Of a stretch of DNA of 64,000 bases, positions 50,708 through 63,343 are shown piece by piece. A model generated the notes under the pieces. It saw only the letters and a list, made by a program, of their open reading frames with translations. It ran no database searches and was not told where the DNA came from. Each line of letters begins with the position of its first letter. Within the stretch, counting starts at the first letter, position 1. The position numbers and the translations under genes are program-made. This DNA is from Sphagnum compactum (taxonomy: Eukaryota), in assembly GCA_965153455.1 (NCBI GenBank), contig OZ234493.1:18590213-18654212 (forward strand), given 5' to 3'.

Positions 50708-53700
50708 ATATTAATCAATATATTTGATCACATATTCAATATATTGATGAATACGTTGATAAATACATTTCAATGAATATATTACAATATGGATTGGTAA
50801 TGGATCTCCATTAGGTGAAAATATCATATTAACAAGGCAAACAAGATATATATGTTTCCATTTTGACTATATAATTTCTCCAAGCTCCCAAGGCCCAACA
50901 AGTGGCATCAAACTATACCCACAAACATGGAAGTTGACAAATAGCCTAACAAGACCTAAAAGCTCAATATGGGACAAAACTTGGGATGATGTATAGTTAG
51001 GTATTGCAGGCTACATGCTCAACTTTTAGTTGCCAAAAAGACAACAATTCAAGTGGGTTTCAGACAAGAGTTGCAGGACCTTCCTTCTTCTTCAAGGACA
51101 CATGTTGGGCCCCAACTTCTAGCATTCTTTTACTACTGTTGAAGCACCAATCAAAAGAGGAATGTCCAATGGATTGATCAATCTTATCTATGTGCCCAAG
51201 AGTGTGGAGTTTAGGGTTTAGGGTTTTAGTGCATTTCACCCAAAGCACTATTTATTATAAAGGGTAGAATCATTTGCATTGTAGTAGATGAGGATGCTTT
51301 GCTTGTTGGCTTTTGCACAATTTTCTAGTATCTTATATAATCTTATGATGATGATGATGATGATGTTATGTGCATAGATCTCTCCTAGCAATCATGAACA
51401 CCATGCTTTTATAATAATCAAGTTGGGGGTATTATTGATGCATTGCACACTTGAGAGTGCACTATGCCCACAAAGGAGGCCAAGAACTAGAGATCAATCA
51501 TGATCAAGGGTCCATTTCCTTTGTTGTCTATGATTAGGTATAAGAGCTTGGGACACATTACTTACCTTACATTTTCCTTACAAATTTGCTTATCATTATT
51601 AGTGCAATTTTCTTTTTTCCCTTGGAATATTATTTAGCAACAATAGACAAAAAAAAGCTTGGGACAAATAGGGACAAATTATTTAGCTACAATTCCTAGT
51701 TTTGGTACAACAATTTTGTTTTAGATTTCTTAGATTTCTGCATTATAGATAGTTGGGTTGGTTTTGGAGGACGCATTGAAGTGATGAACGCCATTCTTGT
51801 TTGTATCCTTGACAATCACAAGTTCTCATCTATCGTCACCACATGCTTTTAGGTTTCTCTATTCATCAAACCCATTATCATCTTAAGTTGATCTTATTGG
51901 TTGTTTTGGGTTTAAGGGTTTAGGGTTTATCGGTTGTTTTGCACCATTTATCATGTGTCATCACGACATGCATGACTTAAGAAGTTGATTAAAATTGCCA
52001 AACCAAAATATGGTTTTATCTAATTTTTCATTTTGGTTTTGACCAAACCAAGTATACCATCGTATTGATTTAAAATATCCGTGTGGCTTCCATATAGTAG
52101 TATGTGAATGATTAATTTTTGGGTACTTGTGACATTGTGATTTATACAACTTTGTGTGTTTTCGGATGAAATTATTCACAATTTCTAAGTTCTAACCATG
52201 GGCCGTAGTCGTCATTATTGAATTTGTTTGGTAGGTCCCTTTGAGCGGATTTGCACCCACATCCTCACACTTGTGGCCCCATAGTGCAAAAGTGTCATTA
52301 AGTATTCTTCAGTATAAACCTTGATCTCTTCGATAACCACCTCCAAACGGCCAAGTGTTCGTTGACTATTTGGTGGGGAATTAAATCCACCATATTTTAT
52401 ATTACTCTAGAGATTGCGGTGATGGCCATGTGTGCACCGCCATAACAATTTTTCTAATCGATACTTTTGAGATGTGAGAAATACGTATTGTCTCGATCAT
52501 CATCGGGCAAAGGAATTAAGGTTACACACCCCAAAAAAAATGACCACCAAGCACCATCAATCCTCCACCATGCGTATTTTTACACCTATTTGGGCTTAAT
52601 TTTTGTTGTTGGCATGGCTCAAGAGCAATGCTAGTAATCCTCGGCGACGGCTCCGTGCATCAAAGGGCCACAATTTGTTTGTGCCCAGGCACAATTGAAT
52701 CCTACTTCCGAGTCAAAGTCAAGCACGTATAATAAGCCTCTTTGTGAAAAGGCCGGAAGGGGGTGAATGTAGAAGGGGGCTTGTTTTTAAAATAAAAAAA
52801 GAGGGCAAGGGGGTTGGGGGGGGGGTGGCTTAAGGTTTTTCGGGTTTAATTAAATCCCTTTCCAAACGTGACCCAAATTTTTGTCCCAAAAATGAGGTCC
52901 ACGGAAACCAAAAACGCGTGAGTCATAGCTGGCAAGAATTTGACACCTGAAAAAAAAAGCCAAAAAGACAGCCCGAGTTAAGCAAAAGACAGAAACCATC
53001 AAGTCCTCGGTTACCGGCATTACCCAGTCAGTTCCCGGTCACTTCTCGCTCTTGTTTCTTCTCGGTTTCCTTTCACTACATCTCCGCCGTCAACGAGGCT
53101 CCCTGAGATCTTAGATCTCAGCCGTTTGAGACAAGGTTGAGGGTTTTTCAGAGAGTTTTTAAGTAGCCTTTTTTTTTTGGTGGGGGGCGAAATTTCTCCA
53201 AAAAGAGAAAAAAAAGAAAATGAAGTGTTTTTGGGATGTTTTCAATCGCCAGAAGTGAGGCCAAAAAAAAAAGTAAAAATCGCCAGTGTTATTATATTTG
53301 GTTTTTAGTGTGTAGCCAAATTATAGAAAGATGATTAAAGACTTTTTGTACTTCATATTTCGTTTATAACCAGATTTGGCTAAATTATGTTTCTGCATTT
53401 CCTTCAAGCATGAGTTAGTATCATAATTTAACATCAGCGGCTTGTAAGTTTGAGATTTCTTAAATTTGAAGCTGAGATTTCTGTCTAGTTATGGTATTTT
53501 TTCCTGGTGGTATTCATGCGCAGCCCTGAATTCTTTCTATCGAGAACTGAGATGTACACTGCCATCTCTTGCCACATTATTCTGTATCATCTTCAACAAG
53601 AGGATGAAGAGCACACTGGAAATGTGAACATGGAATTTATTCAACAATATAGGTCACAGATTTTTGAGCAAAACAACACTCTTGTACACATAATCTCTCT

Positions 53701-53860
53701 ATTCTACATGTTGTCAGAAACTAATGTCCAACACTAATGGTCCAGTTGCTTTGCAATTCAGAATGGTTACAACTCACTCATATGCTGGGACAGAAAACAG
53801 AGATAATCGATGGGTTCTTATTTGAGGAAATTCCGTCTCATGAGAAAGAGGCTTCCACAG

Positions 53861-56649
53861 CTACCCTTCTTTCATCACGAGTTGGGGACCACCATCAACT
53901 TCTGATGGGCTGTTTTGGAGTATAGTTTCCCCTGCAGTATGCTGCTTCATAAAGCTTTCAATACTTTTCCAATAGTGCTCACCACCACGCATCCATGTGT
54001 CCATGTGCATTCCATGTGGAAACTCCACAAAGGAGCGGTACCCTGAGTTTTTCCGTGCTGCAATGTAGAGTCGTCGCATGTGTGATGGTGGGACCATCTC
54101 ATCCTTCAAGCCCGACAAAAACAAAACTGGCTCTGAAATCTGTGCATCAAAACATATGGACAGACTGTTATTGTAACAGCTCCAGGGGAGTCGTGAAGTC
54201 CAAGAGGAGTGACCCCATAATTCAAAGTTCCAGGGTTAGCACTAAAGTTACAGCAATCTGAATAAAGCCATTTCTCAGCAAGGAGGTAGTAGCCTAAGGG
54301 TGAAGAGCAAGTTCCTCACATAAGAATGGAAGACTCTGCATTGTTCTTTTTTCTTGTCAACTAAATGTTCAATAAGGTACTATCAGCTAAGTGACAAGCA
54401 TACAATATAAGGAATTTCATCAGAAGGTGCTCACAGGACAAAAGCATCCAGACAGTAAAAAGCAGGTCTGAGAAGACAAGGGGAAAGAAAGTGCATACAT
54501 CAGTAACAAGATCAATAGTACGCCATGGAGATTTCACAAGCCAGTTCAGTAACTTGGGGCCCTTGCCACTACCAGGCCCACCAACCAAAAACCTCAGTGG
54601 TGGGAGCATCACACCTGCCATATCCAGAACTGATGTGAAGGTGTTCTCAAGTATCAATCCTGATACCTGCAGCTCAAGCCACCTCAAGTTCAAAACGTTT
54701 ACCCCATCACAAACACAGTGGGTGAAGAAAAACATGATGTTAGTGGAAAGCCACAACCTCATTACTGGTTACATGGATGAAGTACTGAAACCTTGGAGAG
54801 TTTAAAGTGCTGCACAATAACACTAAAAAGACATTCGGGATAGACATTTGTGCACTCCAGGATAGGTGAGGGACGAAAGCTATCGCTTTCAATTAAGTGC
54901 CTCAGTTGTCACCAATTGACCAAAACATAGTGCACAATGGCAATTTGATATGTTTGATATAGTTTGAAAACAGAAATCTAGCTCAACCTTTCCTGGATTC
55001 CGTTTTGTGAGAGCTGATCCAACCGCTCCACCCAGTGACCTTCCAAACACAAAAATGCGCTTTGGGTCTATGTCTGTTCTCTGCAGTAAGTGCTCCAGTG
55101 CTGCCTGCACTCCCAAACAATCCAAAGAGTGCTCCCCCAATAAGACAATGTTTTGAATGGACAAAAACTGATCACTTTTGAGTACAGCTGTGAGACATAA
55201 ATCCAGAAACAACTGCAATATGGTGTATCTGTGTAGTCAAATGTCAAAACAGCTCCCCTCAAGAATAGCACAAAAGACAGGTCAGAGTTCAACAGGATGC
55301 ATCCAGCAGTATTCATACCTCAGCATCCATGGTAAGACCTGGTTGAGATGGATACCCATCACTAGCTCCATACCTGAAATAGAAGCATTCAGACAACAGA
55401 CACAATCCAATTGTCTATGGGAAATCAACAAGAGAGAGAGCTGGCATATCGATAGCATTCTCCTGGCAAGCGGGGATGGACAAAGCCAACATGAGTCAGA
55501 GACAAAGTCACTTGCTTGTCAGTTGCTTACAAAGTAGTGAGAGCAGAAACAGTATTTCTTACCCACGATATGACAGCATGAATACATTGCAATTGAGGCG
55601 GCGCAACATCAACTCCACAAACTCAAGACGGTATGCAATGTCTGGGCCATGTTAATGATTTGCCGTCACAAGAAAAAGCCAGTGCTTTGTATAGATCCTT
55701 GCAGAGGGAGGACTTTGCATCAGTGCAGCATGAGAAGCTATTACACTTATTACAGGACTGCAAAGCATGAATTGGTAGTGCAAACATGGAAATTCAGGAA
55801 AGGATACTGCCAGCATTTTCCTGCAAGAATAGAACCGTAGGGCCTGCAACGTCACACACAGCAACACCACACACCAGGCATGGTGTGTAAACAATGTAAG
55901 ACACAGAGCGCCCACACAAAGTACAACCCTATGTTACAGATCCCTCAATCCAACACGATTATCAAGCTGAAGGCAAGCTTCCGTTCACACATCCAACTGG
56001 CATTTCGTAGATTAGGGTTTCCCTTCTCAAGCTTCAGTTCACACATCCAACTGGAATCTCTGAGATTAGGGTTTCCCCTTTGAAGCTTCAGTTCACACAT
56101 CCAACTGGCATTTCTGAGATTAGGGTTTCCACTTTCAAGCTTCAAGAAAAATAGAGTCGAGGTATGATATCCTCTACCAGACGGAATGTTAGAACAATCT
56201 CAGACAGAAATTAGGGCATTGTGGCAGCTCAAGGAGAGAGCTCCTGGCTTTGAGAGTACCAGAGCTCATGGTTATGGATTATGGGCAAAGGAAAATCGAA
56301 CATTAGCGATGTGCAGAAGAAACCAAAAAAATCCCGAGGCTTCAAAGGATCTATCTACAAACGAAGAGAAACAGAGTAGAGAAGTAGTAAGGCGACGAGG
56401 AAGGCTCTTGCCTCTGCAATCAGGTGACGCTTTGATGAACCAGCTATGCAAACGCACGCCATCCGAAGACTCGAGCCACACATCCTCGTAACGCAGTCTG
56501 AGTCTAGCAGGTGTAATAGGATAGCCCTTGCTCATGCCGGGAATAATAGGCACATAGACAAGCTTCTCCTGGAAGGCGAGCAACAACACCACACCCGTGC
56601 AAGCCAAACCTCCCAATCCATACAACAATCCATTCCACCAAATCCCCAT
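53861..56649 (-). CDS. WAV2: Alpha/beta hydrolase, WAV2/ABHD13 (BEM46) family (7 exons, 323 aa)
   Basis: Exons (minus): 56649-56412, 55843-55808, 55641-55563, 55373-55319, 55104-54988, 54666-54499, 54139-53861 (972 nt). Motifs: N-terminal TM then FQEKLVYVP, LFLQENAGNIA, SYRGYGASDG, nucleophile elbow GRSLGG, ENTFTS, DEMVPP (Asp) and GMHMDTW (His). Intron 1 needs a GC donor. Confidence 0.94.
55976..56143. repeat. 54-bp tandem repeat x3 in WAV2 intron 1, each copy with a telo-box
   Basis: aagcttc(a/c)gttcacacatccaactgg...agattagggtttcc. TTAGGGTTT occurs at 56012, 56066 and 56120. Confidence 0.9.
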
Positions 56650-57737
56650 CCCTACTCCTCCTCCGCAACAACAAAACACAACACCTCCAAAAAAAACACC
56701 CTCAAAAAACAGAAGCAAAAAATTCAGCTCCTCCGCCACATCAAGGTCCTTTGTTTTTTTGTGCACAGAACAAGAATAAAAATTCAAGGTGCTTCTTCCT
56801 CAATGGTTTTGTTCTCCCATTCGCAGGCTGACTTCGGCAAGCAAGAACTATACGAGAAAGGGAAGAAACGCGAATACAAGGAAATACTCGAACCCTAATC
56901 TCCTCGTCGTCGTCGACGACGAGGAGACCCGGTTTCCGTCGTCGACTTGTTACCGGCTACTTACGTAAAAGACGTGGGGATCGTCATGCGAGTCGGGCAG
57001 GACGGGAAGACAACCAGAAAAAAACACGTAAGTAAGGACTGCGGAGAAAGGGACGTGGTTGCGCTTGTCGTCTTGTTTTGTTTGGCACGCGTTTTGCGTT
57101 TTCTTTTCCAGAGTTTTGTGAAGATTTTGAGCATTTTTGTTTCCCCTCTCATCAGTTTCTGGTTTGTTTCTTTGTTTTCTTGCGTTGTTTGTCTTGTGAA
57201 AATCTCTTGTATTCCAACGACCTTTGCGTGCAGACAACGAACATTCCTTCTTTTGTTTCTTGAGGCCTTTTTTTTGCATTATTGTTGCTTGAAAGCTCGA
57301 AGCAAACGTACCTACCGTCGTTGTCTGCTTTTCTTTTGCCTTTAAGCGTCTTTTTTCCTCGTTCTCTCTTCTCTCTCTCTCTCTCTCTCTCGACTCTCGA
57401 CTCTCTTCTACTGCGGCGAGTTTGTTTAGCCGTGGCAGGTAGCGTCGTTACGAGTGCGGTTGAATTTGGAATCTGGAACGGCCGTGTGTGAGTGACAAAG
57501 AAGCGGGGATTTTTTCGTTTGTGAAATTTGGCGAGCTTCTTAACGACTTCTTGACTGTTCGGTTTGAGACTGGTGAAGCCGCAAGCGAAAGCGGAAAACA
57601 TCCAAACGTGAAGAAGAAGGACGTGGTTCGCGCCAGAAGAAGAAGAGGAGTCTTCTTGTTGCGTGACATCATCATCGACAAGACGGAGAATCCGGCTTGT
57701 TTTATGAAGCAGAGCAGTAACATCATCATCAGCCAAC
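56650..57737. promoter_or_regulatory. Shared divergent promoter / 5'UTR region of WAV2 and MAF1
   Basis: Lies between oppositely oriented ATGs. CpG-rich relative to the rest of the window, with a (CT)n tract at about 57370-57390, a telo-box-like AACCCTAA at 56891-56898 and several ACGT cores. Confidence 0.7.
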
Positions 57738-60700
57738 ATGAAGTTCCTCGAATACACCCCCCTCGCTCGGTAAATTTCTCTCTTCTTCTTCTGCTGCTGC
57801 TGCTGCTTAGAGGTTGTTCCTGGAAGAGAACAACCTTGCCACAAAGTATGTGTCAATTTATTACGACCAGATCGCAATCGTGTGAGTCTTCTTGAGACTA
57901 TTGAAGTCCGCGAGGCGCTTGTAACAGCCAAGCGATTCTCGTGCTTTAGACTCTCTGTTTCTGTCTCATCAAGACCAAGAATACGCCATTCTTTTCTTCG
58001 ACTTAGGCTTTTCCTCCTCGCGTGTCTAGTTTGGAGTCTTGAGTTTGGAAATTCAGTTGCCTCTCTTCAATCGTACATCTTCCTTCCGAGGGTTTCTGAT
58101 TTTCTCTTGGTCGCCATCTTCTGGCACTCGTACACTTGTTTGAATTGCAACAAGGTGTTGTCTTAGGACTTTTGCATGCACGTCTTGCCATTTCCACTTC
58201 AATTTCTTTAGAGTAATTTTGACCTTGCTCTTCTTCCCTATTAGCGTTTTTCAACAACTTTCAAACGCTTTTGGGCTTTAGAAAACGAGAATCCTAATTG
58301 CTGACACATGTTTTATCGTCAAGCAAATTTGCAGAATGAATGCATTTCTTGCAAGTGTCAATATTGGTGGCTGTCTTGTACAAGGAGTCCTGGAGGCATA
58401 CTCTTGTAAGCTTTTTTTTCTCAATAATGCCTTTTTTCTCTTTCTCCTCATGCACCTTGCATGGACTTGTTCTCACCATTGTCTAGGGAGGTCACAATGC
58501 TGCTTGCATGAAATCATGTTTCAGAATCACCCACAAGTTACAATACATTCTTAATGCATGTTGATGGGAAGGAAAAACCCGAGAGCAAATAAGAAGCTCC
58601 CAGAACAATCTAACAGTTGGAATTGAATTTGATCACTGTGGAGTCTGCAGTAGATATTCTTTAGCTAGTTTGACTGTAGATACTGCAAGGTAACTGAAAA
58701 CCCATGTGAAGAGGTCATTCTCTGGAGCTCCTTTAGCAATTTTGCTTATGTCCTGTTCTAGGATATGCACTGCTAGGTAATGCTTTTGCTGTTTTAGAAC
58801 CCATCACTTCTGTGTAGAGCTTATCAGTTTTATTTCTTTGTGAGTTTTCCTTTGTCTGTTACAGTATTGGAGTTAAGTAAAGGTTTGTTAGGCTATTTCC
58901 AGAGAAATTTCTCTTTGGCCATTGCATGACGATGATGATCTGAAGAGACTTTTTGATTTGTCAGGCAAGGTGGCAGGCATTGACAAAAAACTGTCACGCA
59001 GTTTGGAGCAAGAGGTCAGTGCCATGTTTCACTTCACCTACAGTATAAACTAAAATTTCTTTTTTCAAGAAGGGTAACCATGTGATGCTATCTTGTCTTC
59101 TAAGTTCATGGTGGCACTTGTAGCATGCATATTCTTGAATTACAGAGGCTCAACACAGTTCCATCACTTTAGTATAAAAACCATTCAGATTCACTGTGGA
59201 TGAGCTTAATTTGCAGTTTCGCTGTTGTTATGTCAGATATTTTGGCATAGAAGTTCTATTCACCTCTTATTGCAACCAGTCAGTTTGGGTTTATTCAAAG
59301 TCTAGGTATCTAGAGCTACTGTCCTAGCTTAGTTCCACATTCTGACTCCTCTCAGCACCCCATAGTGTCTGCATTTTTGCTGTAGAAGAGACAGGCAGTG
59401 GAACAGAGGGGTAGCCAGGGTCCCTGTTTTTGTGGTTATGGTTTCTGGCCCTTTTCCCTTACAACAGGTTTTCAGTTATATAAGCTTTGGAAGATGGCAT
59501 GTGTAGTAGGGAATGCTTTCTGCCTGTTGTTTCCATCACTCACTGTAATATAGGTCAGCAACATTCAATTTTTCCTCAGTAATGTTCACAGCACAGCAGG
59601 TTCCAGTGAATCAGGCTAGCTTGCCTTGGCTTCACACCTGCTTTATTGCAGAATGGCAGTTAAGGCTCTCTAGATTTTTTGCAGGTGGTGGACTCCTTGG
59701 CTGTATCACCCAAGCTCTCAACATCTCCAGTTGGCCCTCTGTCTACTACAGCAAGGTTATTTCATATAGCCTCAAAGATTAAACATTTATGCTTTACCCT
59801 AGGACTTGGTTTGCTATTCTCCTGGCAGTCTTTTTGTCAACTGCCCAGGTTGTCGGTTCTAAAGTCATAGTTGCTGCATTTTGTAACTTGGAATTTCGTG
59901 TGTAGTTTTGCTCACATAGAGCCCTTCTTGCACAATAACCCTTGTGTAGTACATAACTCCAACTTGTGATTTCTGTTTAACTTTTGAAGACAGTCATTGT
60001 AAAGTCATTGTTCTGACATGAAGCTGGAGAAGGGGATAATTATAGTAAGTTACATAGTGAGGTTTTTCCCAGTTGTACTTTCCTCAAATAGTCAGCATGC
60101 ATTGACTTCAAGTTGTTGATGATGATGCTTAGTTGCTTTATGGGTGCTACAGTGTAGTTATGTGTGAAATGGAGATGATAGTCTGACACTTTGTGAGCAA
60201 CTCTCATAAGGTTATGACTGCACTCATTGTTGTGTTTCCTCCAAATTGTTGTTGTGGAGATTTCTCTGCAATTTCATAGATATTATGTGTGAATATCCTT
60301 GTTCATGTGTCTCCAGCCGCAGGACATTGATCTACCTCATCCTCACCTTGAACCACATGTATCCTGACTACGACTTTAGGTAAAGTCAACATGTCAAATT
60401 GGCCATATTGGTTGCTTACTTTCAGCAGCTTACGTCTGCTCTTCTCAAGTTCCTCTGCAAATGTGGTAATATTGCAGCTTTAACAACTTACTGCTCTCGA
60501 TTTTCAATCCATTCATGTCAAGCAGGTGTTGTCATGGTTTGCCTGTTGGTGATTTTGTTGTTGGAGATTTGAGATAGTTGTGGGTACTGGCAGTGTCAAC
60601 TCAAAAGTGGCCTGACAACCCAATTTGTAAAGGGGAATAGGAAGTGGTGTCAAAGGTTGACAAGCGGTTTGTAGCCGTTGCTCCTGAAGGAGCTGAGAGT

Positions 60701-62918
60701 TCAAGTCTCTCCATTTCCTATTGCTTCTGGTGTTTTCCACACGGAGTGGTGATCAGATGGATGTTAACAGTACATAGAAGGGACATATCTGTAGATGGAG
60801 AGTGTTAGTAATCTAACTTTTTGAGTTGGTTAACGTTTGTAAATACTTACAGTATGTTGCGGCCTCATCACTTCTCTAAGGAACATGGGATTCTTGTGGC
60901 AAAGCAGAAGATTGACCAGTACCTTGTGGAAGCATCAAAGGTAGGAGATTCTTTTGACACACTTGTCTGAAATTTTACATGGGTTCAAGGTAGAGGCCTG
61001 GAGAGGGTTTAAGCTACAGAATCAAGAATTCAAAGTGGTTGGACAAGTCTTTAGGGAGGACTTTTTAACAACTCTTCAGTAGCAGGATTGATGGCAGGAA
61101 GAAACTTGTGCACTGATTGCATTGTGACTTGAGGAACCTCCTTACTTGCTTTGTTGTGTGGAACTAGTGTGTTACAATTTCAAATGGATGTGATGAGCTT
61201 CTTCTTCTGCCCTACCTCATTCTCTACTTTAAAAGAAACCAAATGCTTACATTGTGTTGTTGTCCCTAAGCAAGAGATTATCCATAAATTCTAGCTTCAA
61301 AGTTGGTGTTGAACCATGGTGGTCACATGCCCAGAGTTTGTTTGTGTTTGGCTTACAGATTTGGTCAACAGAGCTTGGTGAAGACATACCTTTGATAGAG
61401 TGCATCTGGAGCGCAATTGATGAGGTTTGCTGTTAGACACTCAAGAAACTATCAGCACTGAATGTTAATCATGCCATTTGGAGTTATCTTACATTGCTCA
61501 GAGCAGCCTTTGGGGTTTGGTCTTGAACTGAAATGTACATAAGTTGAGGGTAAGTGGTGTAGAGCTTGTCAGTCATGAGAATGTTGGAGAAGGAGAGGTC
61601 TGTAATTCTTGGAAATTATCCACAGTATTATGATCTCAGTTCAGGAGTTTAGGGACAGAAACCTCTCTGAAGCATTTGTGCATCAGTCACTTAGGTTTTT
61701 TGGCCAAATTTGTGTTGGTACACAGAGTGACAAAGACTGTTCATGGTCAAGACAGCGCATATGAGCATGTATTTGTGACAAGGCAACAATAGCTAAGTTA
61801 TATTTGCTACTGATGCACTAGTTTCATCACTTATGCAGGTCATGAATCTTGAGGACTGTGATGTATACAGTTATGTGCCTGATGCTGAAGCAGATCCTTT
61901 CGCAAATGTTGGCAGCATGTGAGTGCTATCCTATCCCCGCATTCAACCAAATGAAGGCTAGAACATTCAATCTGAAGAACTCTTGTACCTTTTACACAGG
62001 TTAAAATACAGAAGAATTCTTGGGGGGGTACAATGACTTGCAAATAGAGTATTTAAATGCCAAATCTCTGGTATGTCTAGCCTTGACTTGGCAAGGATGC
62101 ACCCCACCCATCCCAATGAGTTGCAGGAGAGTGGCACTAGGGCAGTAAGACTTTGTGGTTTGTTGTCACCAAGCAGTGGTCCCTATGAACTCTGGTTATT
62201 TGAATGATGAGCTTTTCTGGTGCTGGTGGATGGGTAGATGGTCATTCAACTACTTCTTCTACAATAAGAAGATGAAGCGAATACTGTATTTCAGCTCACG
62301 ATGCCTGAGGTAATCACTTTTGCTTTTGTTCAACTCTCTTCAACGTCACCTTGGTGGTAGGGATGCCCATTGCATAGTGATAATTTAACTGGACACCCAT
62401 GAGTATTTTGTGTCAGTCTAAATGAAGACTAGAGGTGTTACTCATAATTTTTCAATTGTTATAAAATACTAGCTGACATCCTGCAAAGTCTGGAGAGAAC
62501 AGGCTATGCTTATAGAGTTTGCAAGAACCTGACAGAAGTGGGTGACATGGCCACTTCTTCCTGCCAGAAAGCCATGACAAACTTTTCAAAGGCTGCTGGA
62601 GACATCCACTTCTAGTTCTGCAGGGCCCTTCGATAGCTATTGATTGTTCCAGCACAGAGACATGGGAATTTGAAGTCCAGTGGTGCAGATTTAATCTCCC
62701 TAGGGTATCTACATGTCCAAAGGAAGACAAGCAGCATTGTAGGAAGACAGATCTGTGAAACAAAATTAGTAAAGAGTTTTGAACCTAATTGCAGGGGGAT
62801 TAATAATTCTATTGTTATTTTTGGTTGCAGTAAGATGTCCAGTGAAGAGTCTTCAAGTGACGATGGTACCAATGAATGGGGGCTGGACTTTGTGGAGGGC
62901 ATGGATCTTGAAGACTAG
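57738..62918 (+). CDS. MAF1: Repressor of RNA polymerase III transcription MAF1 (10 exons, 226 aa)
   Basis: Assembled by hand with GT-AG introns and consistent phases: 57738-57769, 58335-58405, 58965-59014, 59685-59755, 60317-60379, 60853-60940, 61359-61424, 61839-61918, 62238-62309, 62831-62918 (681 nt including TAG). The protein shows Maf1 hallmarks MKFLEYTPL, LEAYSCK, DKKL, TLIYLILTLNHMYPDYDFS, DCDVYSYVPD..ADPF, IWSFNYFFYNKKMKRILYF and an acidic C-tail. Confidence 0.96.
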
Positions 62919-63343
62919 AATTTCCTTGTCCTGTGCAAATGTGTGCTTTACACATTACTGTACATTGTGCCACGGAGCCTGTAACCATTATATTGTATAT
63001 GTAGGCTATAAACGTTTGTAGATTAGAAGATCATATGTGTCAGAAAAATCTCCAACAGGCATGCAGGCCTCTCTCAAGCGCGGAGCTCTTTGCACTGGCA
63101 GCTCAAACATTCACAAGAACATTCCAGGTGTTGTGCATATTCCTTTGCTTTGAATGCAAGAAAAGAGCCAGCAACTTTTTTGTGTCTTCTTTTCATACGT
63201 TAGTCAGTAGAGAGAGCACAGCAAGAGGAGAGTGCGAGCGAACTTTCTGTTCATGTCTTCTTATATGTCAAGTAGTAGAGATGGAAACTCTTGGTAGTTT
63301 GAGTTTTCTTGTCTTACAATATAAGCTTTTGTAATATTGTTGA

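Noticed and set aside
51209..51930. Short (TTTAGGG)2-3 runs here and at about 3879-3897, considered as a telomere or telomerase-RNA template
   Set aside because: Only 2-3 units, with no USE/TATA promoter or other support. Ordinary interstitial telomeric motifs.
57152..57931. 259-aa minus-strand ORF and other ORFs across the WAV2/MAF1 intergenic region
   Set aside because: Low-complexity translations of microsatellites (poly-Q, RE repeats), antisense to the MAF1 5' region, with no recognisable domain.
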